A DNA stretch of 64,000 nucleotides from Eledone cirrhosa (lineage: Eukaryota). Positions 51,769 through 64,000 of the stretch are shown piece by piece. How positions within the stretch are numbered: position 1 is the stretch's first letter; each line of letters starts with the position of its first letter. A program made the translations under genes and the position numbers. The stretch lies in the NCBI GenBank assembly GCA_964016885.1, contig OZ024743.1, forward strand, positions 160,022,001 through 160,086,000. Reading direction: 5' to 3'. The notes below the pieces were generated by a model. That model was not told where the DNA came from and searched no databases. It saw only the letters and a program-made list of their open reading frames with translations.

Positions 51769-52197
51769 TATTGCACCATATGTGGATTAATAAATATGAG
51801 GGCTGAAATCCAAATTTTCACAGTCCCATTTAGATCAATTATATTTATGTATAATAATATGTATGTAGCATAGAAAGACATCATAGTACACAAAAAATAC
51901 ATCTAAAGGAAAACCTAGTTCTATTTACAAATCTGCTTAGACTCCGCATTTGGATGACAAAAAAAATGATACTTATTAAAATAATTAAAATGGTTAAATA
52001 GTAAATTGAACAGTCAACCTTTTCAGTAAGCATAGTCTTACGAAATATATTTTCAGACTTTTAAAAGAAAATTGCTTTGTGTTGGTAACAACGTCAAGAA
52101 TACAATTAAAATTACAACTAAAAAGATACATGTATATTAGATACACCAAGCGTTTTTTGCTTTAAAAAGCAGTCAGTTCAATGTTAAAATACTAGGG

Positions 52198-52307
<110 letters not shown>

Positions 52308-52915
52308 TGTGTGTGTTTGTGTGTGTGTGTGTGTTCGTGCGTGTGTTATGGGGAATTTAGATCGATACAACGCTAAAGGCATAAATGTCAATGTAATCAT
52401 TTCGACTATTACCCCCTAGAGAACTCTCAACTATAAAGAGAAATTGTTACGGAGCAAATCAAGTGGATACTTTCTTAGGAACGCAATACCCAATAATAGA
52501 ACAATCAAGGAAATCTACGAATCCGGACAATTTAAATAAAAAAGAATTGAAATACTTCATACATATGTCTATATATATCATACATGAAGTTATTTGTCAC
52601 CCATATACAAGACATCTCAATGAATAGATCACTAATATATACTAATTCAGAAAAGCGTATGCATATATAATAAGTTATATGATGTCACCAACGAGCAGAT
52701 CCCTAGTAAAATAATCTAAAGTAAGAAACCTTTCCAAGTGGAGATTCCTAATAATGCAGCATTAAACTATGAGACTCTACTGTGTCCCTTTCTTCAGTTT
52801 ACAGAACTAAGAAACAACATTGACCATCTCAATAGATGAAAACATTCCATCCTGGTAGAAAATTCTTTCATCAGCAGGATTCTTCTCAGGAATAGGAAAA
52901 TAAAAAAAAATAATT

Positions 52916-53095
52916 TTTTTCTACTTTTGGAACAAGGCCAATAATTATCTGAGTGTATTACTGGTACTTTATTTTATCGACCCCGTAAGGATGAAAGGAA
53001 AAGTTAACCTCGGCGGGATTTGAACTCAGACCATAAAATCCGTAACTCTTTGCTGCAAAGCATGGCGTCCGACCTTCTACCGATACTGCCAATCC
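52916..53095 (-). mobile_element. tRNA-derived SINE
   Basis: Matches the main SINE family. Confidence 0.92.
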
Positions 53096-55289
53096 AGAAA
53101 TAATATAACCCTATTAGTAAACAGTATCCATCCTAACAGATACATGGTGCACAAAACAACACGAATGCGCAGATCTACTAACAAGGTATACATTTGTATA
53201 TCATGGACAATATGACGAGTTCAAAATATCGCTAGAAGTAGCTCACAAAATAAACCGCCTATCAACTCAACATTTAAGGTGTAGCAAATATCATTCATAA
53301 GTGTATTTGTTACTAAGTTCACAAGTTTATTTGTTACTAATATTCAAAACATCTCAATGAAAATATCGATAAAATGTATTTAATTCCGAGAAGCATATAC
53401 ATATATAATAATTCATGCACAATCACTGGGTAGATTCCCAGTAAAATAAACTAAAACAAGAACACTTCACAAGCATCTTTGTCTAGGTGTAATTAGATCC
53501 GTATTATAGTAACCTAAATGTCCCCTTACAGCAGTTTCCAAAACCATGGTATTTTGAAATCGTCATATTGTCCGTGATATACAAATATTTATCTTGTTAA
53601 TCGATCTTCTCATGCATGTAAGTTTCTGCACCATGATGGATTGGTTAGGAGCGATTCCGTTTAGTAACTTTTCTAATCATTTTTCTATTTTCTTATACCA
53701 TAAAATAATCTCTCTGGTGAAACAATCTTCTTGCAGAATGGACTATCGTAGTCGTTTGAGATGGTCAGTGCTCAAAGATGTCACCGAGTTGTGCCAAACC
53801 ATTGTCGAATTTATATTAGATCATCTGCGAAGCCACTGGTGTTCACAACACCGAAGTCATCTAATTAAACTGATGGACACCGGATGAACTACTTCCTACT
53901 GGGACACAAGCAGGATTTTATACCGAGGCTTATTCCTCTAGATCCAACCTGTTCTGCCAAAATACTCCATGATAGCCGTTTCAGAGGCACCTCGTGTAGG
54001 ATGTGGTTCTTCGCCACGTTGGTTGGGTTTTGGACTGAGGGAGGCTAGGTGCTTGAGTGAGCATATATTGCGAGTGATCAAGTTCACTCAGTATCCTGCT
54101 GAACAGGCATTAGGACACAAGGGGACGCCACAAAATACCATCCAATGCCGACCAGTGAAAGCTACTATAAATCTGCCCACTTTTAAATTAACAGATAGAT
54201 ATTTTTACTTCCACACAATATATACATATGTATACCAAATTCGTTAGTCTTTGATTCACATGAGTCGTTCTACTGTTTGCCTTTCGTTCTGCAGGGTGTC
54301 CATAATCCTCCACCTCACTAAGCGAGCTTTGTGTTGTTGCCGGTTTAGTTACCGTGGACCCCACCATGTGACAGGTTGTTATAGGGTACATTTTATCAGT
54401 ATATACATATGGTAAAGTTCACCCTCGACATTCCTCTATAAGTTGGCTAAGAGGGATATTTCTCGCACGTGGATATCGAAATTCTTGGCTGTGAACCGTC
54501 ATCCTTTGTCGGCGTGTTAATCTTGTTTGGTCAATGAAGTGTTCCTGACAACCCTTACATCTTATAATCTATATTGAATTTACTGAGTTGTGTGTTTGTG
54601 TATGTGTGTGTTTGCATAAATAACAGTCTCGTTGTCGTACTAAAGACGAGAAAGATATATATTGATTCTATATTAATTGTAAGAAATGTTGTCACTACCA
54701 GCTCCTCTTTCCTTTCAATTCCTATTTTAAGCACTTCTTTATGTTTCGAGATAATTGTTTTCACGCGTTTAATATTGCTTCTATTGCATTAATAATCCGA
54801 AATATCACTATTTCATTAGTCGTATTTTATGACTCATTTATTTTCTCTATATCTACACCCTAATCATGTAGAACGTTGCTTTTCTCTTTAGTTTCTTTGA
54901 AGTTATCTCGCTTTAGTAGTTATTAATCATAATATATAATACAAATAACATTTATTTGTAAATATTTAGAAGATCGTTGCTATGAGCATACGATATATTT
55001 GGCTAAAATCAACGTCATTTGACGTTAAGTTGAGGTTAAGTAACGTTGATGTAATTAATTGCATTTCATATGAATCGTTTTGTAAATTTTTCATGAGAGT
55101 ATGTGCAAACTATATTTTATTAAAGTGATACAAAGACATAATATGAAATCCTGTTATTGCGGATGATGTTTTACACAGTATTGACAGCATGTGTACGTAT
55201 GTATGTTTCTCTTTCTCTTAATTTCGAGTACATATTTGATCGGTCACCTTCCTGGTGGCAAGGTTGTAAAAGAAAAGAAATTGTCATTT

Positions 55290-56160
55290 CTTGAATCGCA
55301 AGAATGTTCTGCAAATTTTAAAGATTCCAGATATCGCAGCCATTTGTAGTCTATGAATTAGGGAGCTGTACTCTTTGTTCACAAATCCATGTTATCTTAT
55401 ACTTTGGCCCAAGTGAGTTGATACATAACCTTTAGCTCCAATAATGATGGGTATGAATCTGAAGACATATCTTGGATACGGGATCTGCAAACTCTTCATC
55501 AATGGTCCGTAGATGTCCTCCTTCTCTTGTATTTTTCTTACAACGTTTACATCAAGTGGGCAGCTGATGTCTACAATAGAGCACGTTTTCAGTGTGTGGT
55601 CCCAAAAAACAATATCAGGCTGGTTGTGCTTTAATTTGCTGGCAGTTTTTATTTTCAGGTTCCACCAGTATCCTTCGGTGCCATTTATCTCAACATATTC
55701 CTCCTCATTTCTTTTTAATTTTGTTTTCCTGAGTGCGTTTCAGATGGTTCTAGCTGTAACTTGGAGACGACATTCTTTCAAAGTTGGCAACAATGTGGCC
55801 TACATCTTCGAATTTTGTTTTACAAAGCCTACAATTATTGACGTCCGATGGCCCTCCTCGTTTGTGTAGCAGATATTTGGTAGGGATTTCTTGTTCCTGT
55901 ATTGCATAGAAATATCCTTCAATGTGCGATGTCATAAAATTGTCGGAACTCCATGCCTGGCATTTTGAATTATTTTTACCCTCTATGGTCTGTGTTTTTC
56001 GTCTCAGGTACACGTGCACAGATTTCTCTGTAAATCGCTCCATTTGTTTTATCGTATTTGAACATTGAATAGGATCTTCCAATATCACTGGGAGAGAGAT
56101 TTATATCAGACCTTATTCCATACTTCTCCTCCAGATCAGTGGCTATCCTAATGATATTAT
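55290..56160 (-). mobile_element. RLE-type non-LTR retrotransposon fragment
   Basis: AIQEQEIPTKYL, CRLC...EDV.HI, HNQPDIV.WD..C.IVDISCPLD, FIPIIIGA.G. Confidence 0.8.
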
Positions 56161-56229
56161 TTCCTTCGTGGATTGGCAGTATCGGTAGAGGGTCAGACGC
56201 CATGCTTTGAAACATAGAGTTACGTCCCT

Positions 56230-56640
56230 TTCTTCTGAAAGTTATAAGAGGCAGCCCTGTCTATTATAGTCCATTGATTTGTATAACTAGAGTTGGATTC
56301 TATTAATTGTGTGATATAGTTACCGAGAGGAGTTGAGTTCGGATGTTTTCTAGGTGGAATCTAAATCCAGTTTTAACATTATTAGAGGTGGATCCTCTGT
56401 AAGATTTAATACTATTATCCGTAGTGACTGTGCACTTATAGATGACATTACTAACTAGGCAATGACCTTGTAGTGGGCAGTTGTTATGGGCCCTACAATT
56501 ACAGTTCCTGTGGTTACTAGGTACTGTTGTATTATGGTGATCATGTATACTGCGGGTGCTAGTAGACATGATACGCATGTTAGCGTTATAACCTCTGCAA
56601 CAATCACAACCCTCATTACTATCGCTAATAATAAAGGAAT
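56230..56640 (-). pseudogene. PLE GIY-YIG fragment
   Basis: NCNCRAHNNCPLQGHCLVSNVIYKC..SY.GST. Confidence 0.85.
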
Positions 56641-56641
56641 C

Positions 56642-56820
56642 ATTGGCAGTATCGGTAGAGGGTCGGACGCCATACTTTAACGCATTGAGTTACGGCCCTT
56701 GCCATTCTGAGTTCAAATCCCGCCGAGGTTAACTTTGCCTTTCATCCTTACGGGGTCGATGAAATAAAGTACCAGTAATACAGTGGGTAATTGGTGGCCT
56801 TGTGCCAAAAGTAGAAACAA
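56642..56820 (+). mobile_element. tRNA-derived SINE (5' fragment also at 56168-56228)
   Basis: A and B boxes, family core, (tta)n tail. Confidence 0.92.
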
Positions 56821-56899
56821 TTATTATTATTATTGTTATTGTTCTTTGATTCTCAGTTATTGATGTTATTTAATTGGGAAGTTTGTTGAAATGAATATC

Positions 56900-57165
56900 A
56901 ACCCGTTACCTGCAGCCTCAGATATTCGGGCCGTATCGGAGGGTTCTTGCTGTTCCCAGCAAGCATGCCAAAAGCGGGACTGGACTAATTTTCTTTAACC
57001 ATCCTTGGAAAGTCTTTGAGATAGTACCTAGTGCGCCTATGACAATCGAGACGACCTTGATTTCATAGCAGTTCCAAACCCTTTTTAACTCCCACTTTAA
57101 GTCCTAGTTACGGTTAATTTTCTCCCTCTCCTTTTCTTGCCCTCTCGTGTCAAATGGGCGGGCTA
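56900..57165 (-). mobile_element. RLE-type non-LTR retrotransposon 3' fragment
   Basis: PFDTR..EKE.EKI...DLKWELKRVW..IKVV.IVIGALGTI. Confidence 0.75.
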
Positions 57166-57198
57166 GATTTATTATTATTATTATTATGATCATTATCA

Positions 57199-57386
57199 AG
57201 GGCGGTGGATTGGCAGTATCGGTAGAGGGTCGGACGCCATGCTTTCCCGCATGGTTACGTCCTTGTAAGATCTGAGTTCAAATCCCGCCGAGGTTGACTT
57301 TGCCTTTCAACCTAACGGGGTCGATAAAATAAAGTACCAGTAATGCACTGGGTAATTTGCTGGCCTTGTGCCTAAAGTAGAAACAA
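57199..57386 (+). mobile_element. tRNA-derived SINE in a (TTA)n tract
   Basis: Full-length family member. Confidence 0.92.
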
Positions 57387-57539
57387 TTATTATTATTATC
57401 ATTATAGTTGCATTTATCTTGCTTTATGTTCATACGAGTTATCACCAAGTCACAACCAGTGACCTCAAGTGACAACAAGGTCCGCCATGTTCAAGAAAGA
57501 ACACACATACACACACATGCATCTTTAGGTGTTTAGACT

Positions 57540-57963
57540 TGTAATGTACTTATATTGACAGAATCTTCTTAATATATGGGCAGGTCCCATTAGTAGTATC
57601 TTTTGTATTTCTCCTATGCGCGGGTTTCCTGGGATTTGCGATAAGTAATACTTAGAGCCCTTAGGTATCATTCCTAGAGCGCCTAAAACCACTGGTATTG
57701 TTTTAGTTCTCAATTTCCACATTTTTCCAATTTTTATCTCCAGGTCCCTATACTTGCTCTATTTTTCAAATGTTTTTATAGATACATTCTTGTCTATTGG
57801 AACGGACATATCAATTAGCAGGCATACCCTATTTTAAAGTCCTTCAGTATTATATCAGGTCTATTTGCATTTATTTTTCGGTCTGTTTGTATGCTAAAGT
57901 TCCACAAGATTGAGATGTGATCTTTTTCAAGTACGGGAGGTGGTTGATGCTCCCACCAATTCT
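57540..57963 (-). mobile_element. RLE-type non-LTR retrotransposon 3' fragment
   Basis: WWEHQP..VLE..ILWNFSIQTDRKI.ANRPDII, KYRDLEI...MW.L.T.TIPVVLGALGMI. Confidence 0.88.
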
Positions 57964-58104
57964 TTAAATTGAAGTGAAAGCAGCTGTTGCATGTGTTTCT
58001 TATTGGCAACATGACCCTCCCAAAGTATAACAATATCGGTTTCAACACACGTTTTCAGATAAAGAAACTTGCTAAACAAATTCAGAAACGACATATATAT
58101 ATAT

Positions 58105-58332
58105 ATTAAAATGACAGATTAAAGTTTAAGCAAAGAATCGCTGCTTTCACCCTTAACGGGATCTTCTGAAATGTTTCAGAAGATCCCGTTAAGGATGAAA
58201 GCAGCGATTATTTGCTTAAACTCTAATCTGTTATTTTAATAAATATTTGCTCTAGTGTTCTTATATATTTGATATATATTTATCCTTATCGAGCCTTCTT
58301 TGGATTTTAGTCTTCAAATTTATTATTATTAC

Positions 58333-58333
<1 letters not shown>
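58105..58333. mobile_element. Family B mini fold-back: two back-to-back CAGAAGA HHR motifs (58124-58171 minus, 58173-58221 plus) plus tail
   Basis: Palindrome centred at ~58172; tail matches 8740-8853. Confidence 0.85.
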
Positions 58334-58367
<34 letters not shown>

Positions 58368-58393
58368 ATGTGTGTGTGTTTGTGTATGTGTGT

Positions 58394-58499
<106 letters not shown>

Positions 58500-58540
58500 G
58501 TAATAATAATAATAATAATGTTAATAATAATAATAATAAT

Positions 58541-58718
58541 TGTTTCTACTTTAGGCAGAAGGCAAGGAATTACCCAGTGCGTTACTGGTAGTTTATTTTA
58601 TCGACCCCGTAAGGATGAAAAACAAAGTTAACCTCGGCTGGATTTGAACTCAGAATGGCAAGGGCCGTAACTCTATGCGTCAAAGCATGGCGTCCGACCC
58701 TCTACCGATAATGCCAAT
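58541..58718 (-). mobile_element. tRNA-derived SINE in a (TAA)n tract
   Basis: Matches the main SINE family. Confidence 0.9.
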
Positions 58719-58999
58719 AATAATAAATAAAAAAGACGGTTTCATACATCCGTACTTATGTTGTTATACATATTTCTAAGATTGTAAGACTGCCCTACGT
58801 GTTCTCTTCAGAGAAAAATCTAAACGAGATGTAAATATCCATCGATATGTTACCGGTCATACCTGTTACTCCCTTCGCCGACCAGTAAGTATATGTCCGA
58901 AATTCTCAAGTAGCAGTTATTAACTGTGTGAGAGATAGATGGTCCAGTTGGCGTTGCTGTTTGTAAACTGGCTAGGGTATCAAGTTACCAGATTGGTCA

Positions 59000-59420
59000 T
59001 TTGATTCCTAGTTAGTCTATTTGTTTAATCTTTTTCATACTAGATTCTATTCACTTAGATACTCATTCTAATTTTAGATATTTGTCCTATGATTCTGATG
59101 TTATAATGTATCTATATATGTGAGAGCTTTTACCAAAAAAGGGAGTATTGCACTTATTTATTAATTAGCGACCACATCAGTTCCGACAAGGTCGTGCTAG
59201 ATCTTTTATCAGCTCTTTTAAACGAGTGGCGATAATTGTACCACCTTTCCTTAAATCTAGTAGAAGTTGCACCAATATATCTATAAATCTTACTACACGT
59301 TTTTACTTCATATTCATAAACAATATTATTCTCTAAAGAGTTATTTTTCATTGGGCAACTATTACGATTTCTGCAATTGCAATTATTGACATTACAATTC
59401 ATTGTTCCTTCCCTGCGTCT
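59000..59420 (-). pseudogene. PLE GIY-YIG fragment
   Basis: NCNCRNRNSCPM..NIVYE..RYIGATSTRFKERWYN..SF..TTLSELMWSL. Confidence 0.85.
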
Positions 59421-59479
59421 GTGTGTCCGTTGGTTTATACACATAGGGATATATTTACATTAGCAGTTATTATTATGGA

Positions 59480-60155
59480 AGTTGAGTGGTTGAAACCGAA
59501 TAGTATCAAACTGAATGCCTTAGTATTTAGTTCCTGTGATACCACGGACTTTGGGATATCCCCTTCTACAGGGGATGGTTCACCCAGTAAACTCTTGAAG
59601 TTGTCAGTCCAGCTCTTTTTCCTAGCTTGTTGAGAGCCTCCTTTGATTATGGGTGAATGCTTTTCTTTTCTGCCAATTATTTCGTTGACTAGAGGCCATG
59701 CAGCTGCGTGCTGCTTATTTATATGAAGGTTCTTAAGTTTGTTTCTTTTTCCTTCTACATACTCTGCAAGAGCAGTTGTGTACGCCTCATCAAGGTATTT
59801 TTTTCATTGGGTTATTTCACTTTTCAGTAAATTAGACTTTGCAAATTTTGCGCGCTGAGGATACTAAGATATGTGAGCTCAACTTCGTAAACTTCCATTA
59901 GGTCTTTTGGGGTAAGCTAGAAAGAGCAACTTCATCATTTGCAACAATTAGGTTGGAGTATTTAGTCCCAATGGAATCATCAGTACAAGACAGCTCAGAG
60001 AACCTATTGTAGACACTAATTGCATACTGGCTAGAGAGCTCCTTATTTGATGACACTAACCTCCAGTCCATTTGTTTCATAGGCTCAGCGGGGACTTTCT
60101 CACGAGCGCGAAAGCTAAAGGTAACTTTGGAAGAGAAAATCATGTGATCAAATCC
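59480..60155 (-). mobile_element. LINE ORF2 fragment (region between AP endonuclease and RT, RTE-like)
   Basis: DH..(end of APE), DW..V..N.EL..QYAISVYNRFSEL, AW.LVNEI.GRK, W..NFKSLLG. Confidence 0.6.
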
Positions 60156-63047
60156 CTCGTTGTAGAAGGAGGAATTGGGTTTCAGAGTCGTGTACACTGT
60201 TTCACAATTTTTCAGATCATTTGTTGGGTCGATTTCGGCTGAGGCCACTCAATGATGAGGATTTAGTTCCATCTTGTTACATTCAAATTCTGCTGTAAGC
60301 TCGAATCATGCGGCAGTCAGCATTCACTTTTATCATTCCCCGGGTTGGGGAACGATAGAATTAAGTAAAACTCACATTTTGATTTTGTTTTCACTTGGAG
60401 GTTCTATAAACTCAATAAGGTGCCCTTACAACGTTGTCAAATATTTTCATTATTATTGCCATGGGTCGTTTTACTGACCGTCCTGTTAAAACGTTTCGTG
60501 CTTAGTTCGTTTCACACCTCCAAGGAAATACGAACTGAGACGCATTTCAAGCAGAGTGGCCAGTCACAAAAATAGCCTGAGAGGAAATGTCAGCGAAAGG
60601 TCGGGCAGATGTGGTGACTGCTTATATCACTTCTATTATTTCTTAACAGCTAACCGTTGAGCAATGACCCAGTTTTTTGTATCATATTGGAGCGTCTGCC
60701 TTTTGGTATTTAAAGAACAGAAGATTTATCTGCTGAAAAGCACTCATTATGGAATGCTTGATGGTGCGCAGGTACTTGTAGTAGCTGCTGCATCTACAGC
60801 GAATCCCAAATAGTGAACGATTTTGATTGTCAATTGTCAGTATGTCATTCTAGTGCTAGTGAAGATCAAGACTATACATTTAGTCGGGTAATTCATTGAA
60901 CAGTTCGTGAAAACCTGTATTATATTCAGGATTCTAACTGAAAAGAGAACCGACTTTGCTCAGGAAGTCTCTAGATGTTGACGATGATCAACTTAACAAT
61001 ATATTCCGGAAGACTAACTTTGTAAAGCCTCTGGAAATAGTTAGCTTTGCAAACCGTCTGGTTGAAATAGCTGTCTCAGTTTTAACTCCACATGTACGCA
61101 AGTATCACCAGCCAGGCCATATCTAGATGCGCGTTAAACGAAGAAAATATTGCCGTATGTAAGAGAGATCCTGTTATCAGCTGATTCAAACGTGTAGATC
61201 ATTTCGCCAAAATCCTTAGCCAGAAAAGGCAGCCAGTTAAGCTGGAAATGATTTTCTTGTAGCCAAGATTAAAATAACTGATGGCATTTTCCTCTTTGAC
61301 CAAGCTTTCGTCAACATTTTTCAATTTTCATTTGGATTGGAAGAGGATGTTGGAGCGGAAGACTTGGCTTTCATTGATTGCCAAAGAGTAACGAAGAGAG
61401 GTAAGAAGTACGCAATAGAATCGTCAAACTATCAAATGAGTCTATAGGCCGGAGAATATGGATGTGAGCTAACACTTGTCATTGATTATCAGCCTAATCC
61501 CAGACTTGTAGTTACTTTGATTAGTTCTTGTGATATATCCCCCAGTTGGGTGGTTTCATCTCATTCAATTTGTATACAGTTGTTATTCATAATCGATAAT
61601 GCACATTCGTTTTTGTTATTTCCTTATTGAAATATGCACTTGCCCATAAATTGGACAAAATGAATTCAGATGACTCTATGGATGACTTTGTCTTTTACCA
61701 TTCTATCAGTCAATTACTGAGGTCGATATATTCGGCTGTTGCCCTCCTTTAAAATAATCTCTTTGTAACTACGTAAGAAATAATATTCATTATAGTTTCT
61801 ATTCTAAAACAGTTGCGCATTTACGTAAATACTCTGCTATTGGCTAAAACTCTAATCACTAATACCTTGTCGCCTTAAAGCTATATACGTATTTTAATTT
61901 TGACGTCCTTCAGCAGATTCTAAATATGAATTTGGAATCATAACAAATCGAATAACTTGCCTTCTTTTGCCGTTGTAATACATGTGGATATTTGCTTTGA
62001 TATTGTTTAGATTAGGCCATCCATGACTGAGCAGCACTGTGATAATACGCATTCAGGCAGTGCACCTCTCACTATTTTATTCTGGTATAGAATATGTACA
62101 AAATGTCCAGTGTGACCATGTCTTTATCTCAGAAGAATTTGAGGGAGATTTAATCTAATTTGCCAGGAGTTAGATAGACACTTGATGAGCTTTCTCACTC
62201 TCCATTTTAGAGTACATGTTTATGTTCATGGTTTTATATAGGTGTGAGTATATACATATGTGCAGTTCACATATCTATGTCTGTGCTAATGCGTGTGTGT
62301 GTGTAACAATTATTGACAACGTAGTTTTTGATACGATGTTTGTCAGTTCTGTCAATTTCTGCCTTCTCACCTCTACACGATTTCCATTTTTGGCTTATCT
62401 CTTGCTCTCAAGATAATTTTTCTCTCACGCCTTCTAATTCTGCCGATGCATCAGTAATACATAATGACATTAGTAGTAACATCACTTCCATTTGATGAGT
62501 TACATGTTATATATATGTACATATATATATATGTGTGTGTGTATGTGTATGTGTGTGTGTGTGTGTATGTGTGTGCGTATCCAAAGATAAATAAATATAT
62601 ATTCGCACAACCAGATAAGATACTTACGGTGAGGCATATAATATATAAATTCTAATTAAGCCTATATTTAAAATAATGTCGATTATCAATTATGCACTGT
62701 GATTTTATTTAATTAGCACGTTGCCGACAAATGAGTGGTTACGAAAACTTGACTGGCTATTTCCTTGGAGTCCTGGAGTTCTATTTCGTATATATAGACT
62801 TCAATCTCTCGGTGGACAGAAATTGAAGGTTCTTGTTCTCTTAAGCATTCGCAAAATCCAATATGACTAAACAATCCCATTTTTGTCCTATCGCTGCAAG
62901 GTATAACATTGTTTACATTTTTCACTATTTGCAACAAAGCTTGTAAGTTAATTGCCATATATATATATAGTTCAAAACGACCAACAAACGCAGGGGTCAA
63001 TTGTTCATAGTTGTATTAGGTTCCAGGCTTGGAGAGAGTGGGGGAGG

Positions 63048-63082
63048 TTCCAACATTTTGGACTTAAGTCCTTCATCAGGAA
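63048..63082 (-). ncRNA. Decayed hammerhead at the 3' end of a minus-strand element
   Basis: ttc-CTGATGA-aggacttaagtcc-AAAA-tg-TT-ggaa; both deviations from the GAAACG seen at 4737-4766 lie at CpG sites. Confidence 0.55.
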
Positions 63083-64000
63083 AGTTGAGAGGAATTCCAA
63101 GAGGGAGTAAGGACGGAAATCGAACAAGAACACGAAAAGGAGGAAAAGTAAAAAATAAAAACAGAATTTAAAAAGAGAAAAATAAAGGTGGTGGAAGGGG
63201 AGGTTGACAAGGGTGTGGTAAGGTGTATAGGGATGGGTGGAGGTTAAAGGGGAGAAAAAGGGTGAGTTGGGAGGGCAAGGAAGGAGTCCGGGCCAGGATG
63301 GTGGAAGGTAAGGTGTGTCTGTATGTGTAGATGTAAGTGTGTGTGTGTATGTGTGGATGTAAGTATGAGAGTCTGGAAGGAAGCGAGTGTATGTGAATGT
63401 AGGTTTCGAAAAAGCATTGTGTGTGTGTGTTGGGGTGGAGTATATATCTGTGCGTGTATAGTCCCTGTATGGGTGTTGGTGTTTATGTGTGTGGGGGGGA
63501 TGGAGGGGGCCGGGTGGGGAAGAACGTGTCAATCCGGAGCCGGTGCGGGGTGAAGTGTGGGTGTATGTGTAGAGGTGAGTGTGTGTGTGTGTGGTTAAAG
63601 GGAGGGGATGCGTGGTGTGTCTGCAGGCGATGTGGATTCGTGAAAGGTGCTTAGTTACATGTGTGCGTAAATGGTGCAAGTGCTTGTTTGTGTCTATGTT
63701 TGTGTATGGATTTTGGTGAGTGAGTGGGTGTGTGGATGGTAAAAACCCGAGGGTACAGCGAGTAGATTACAGCATGGTAAAGTCCCAGTGCGAGGAAGAG
63801 AAATATGGCGATGAGGAAGTGAAATGGCAGTGTGGCGTGCACAACCAGAACTGGTCAAGTCGAAAGAGTGGGAGTAGAGGGTGGTGATGGCAGGTCAATG
63901 TGTGAGAGGGAGGAGAGGATGTGGTGCCAACAAAACAAAACAAGGTGGGTGAGAGCAGTTGTGCCGCTATGTGTACTTGAGCTGTGTAGACAGACAAGTC

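Noticed and set aside
58735-58815. Minus-strand CTGAAGA with downstream GAAA sites
   Set aside because: Helices I and II do not pair convincingly
60300-62200. Unique-looking sequence that could hold host exons
   Set aside because: No long ORF, recognisable domain or supportable splice structure

Overview
AT-rich, microsatellite-saturated eukaryotic DNA with no supportable host gene. The tRNA-derived SINE resembles those of octopod cephalopods (host assignment is inference). The window is a nest of transposons: an internally deleted mariner, a frameshifted Merlin/IS1595-type element with long TIRs, RLE-type (R4/Dong-like) and other LINE fragments, about a dozen SINE copies, and many Penelope-like elements (PLEs; RT plus C-terminal GIY-YIG, mostly with a CxC-x5-CP linker, Hydra-clade-like) inserted in (TA)n tracts as tail-to-tail inverted structures. 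Reading both strands by hand gives roughly 35-40 type I hammerhead ribozyme (HHR) motifs of about 20 sequence types. Several are non-standard: helix II expanded to 79-101 nt in four separate families, a family-wide CAGAAGA core (U4A), and two ORF-less 308 and 453 bp HHR units with terminal redundancy (retrozyme-like). Most ORFs in the supplied track are microsatellite artefacts. All folding and alignment was done by eye, so element boundaries are approximate.
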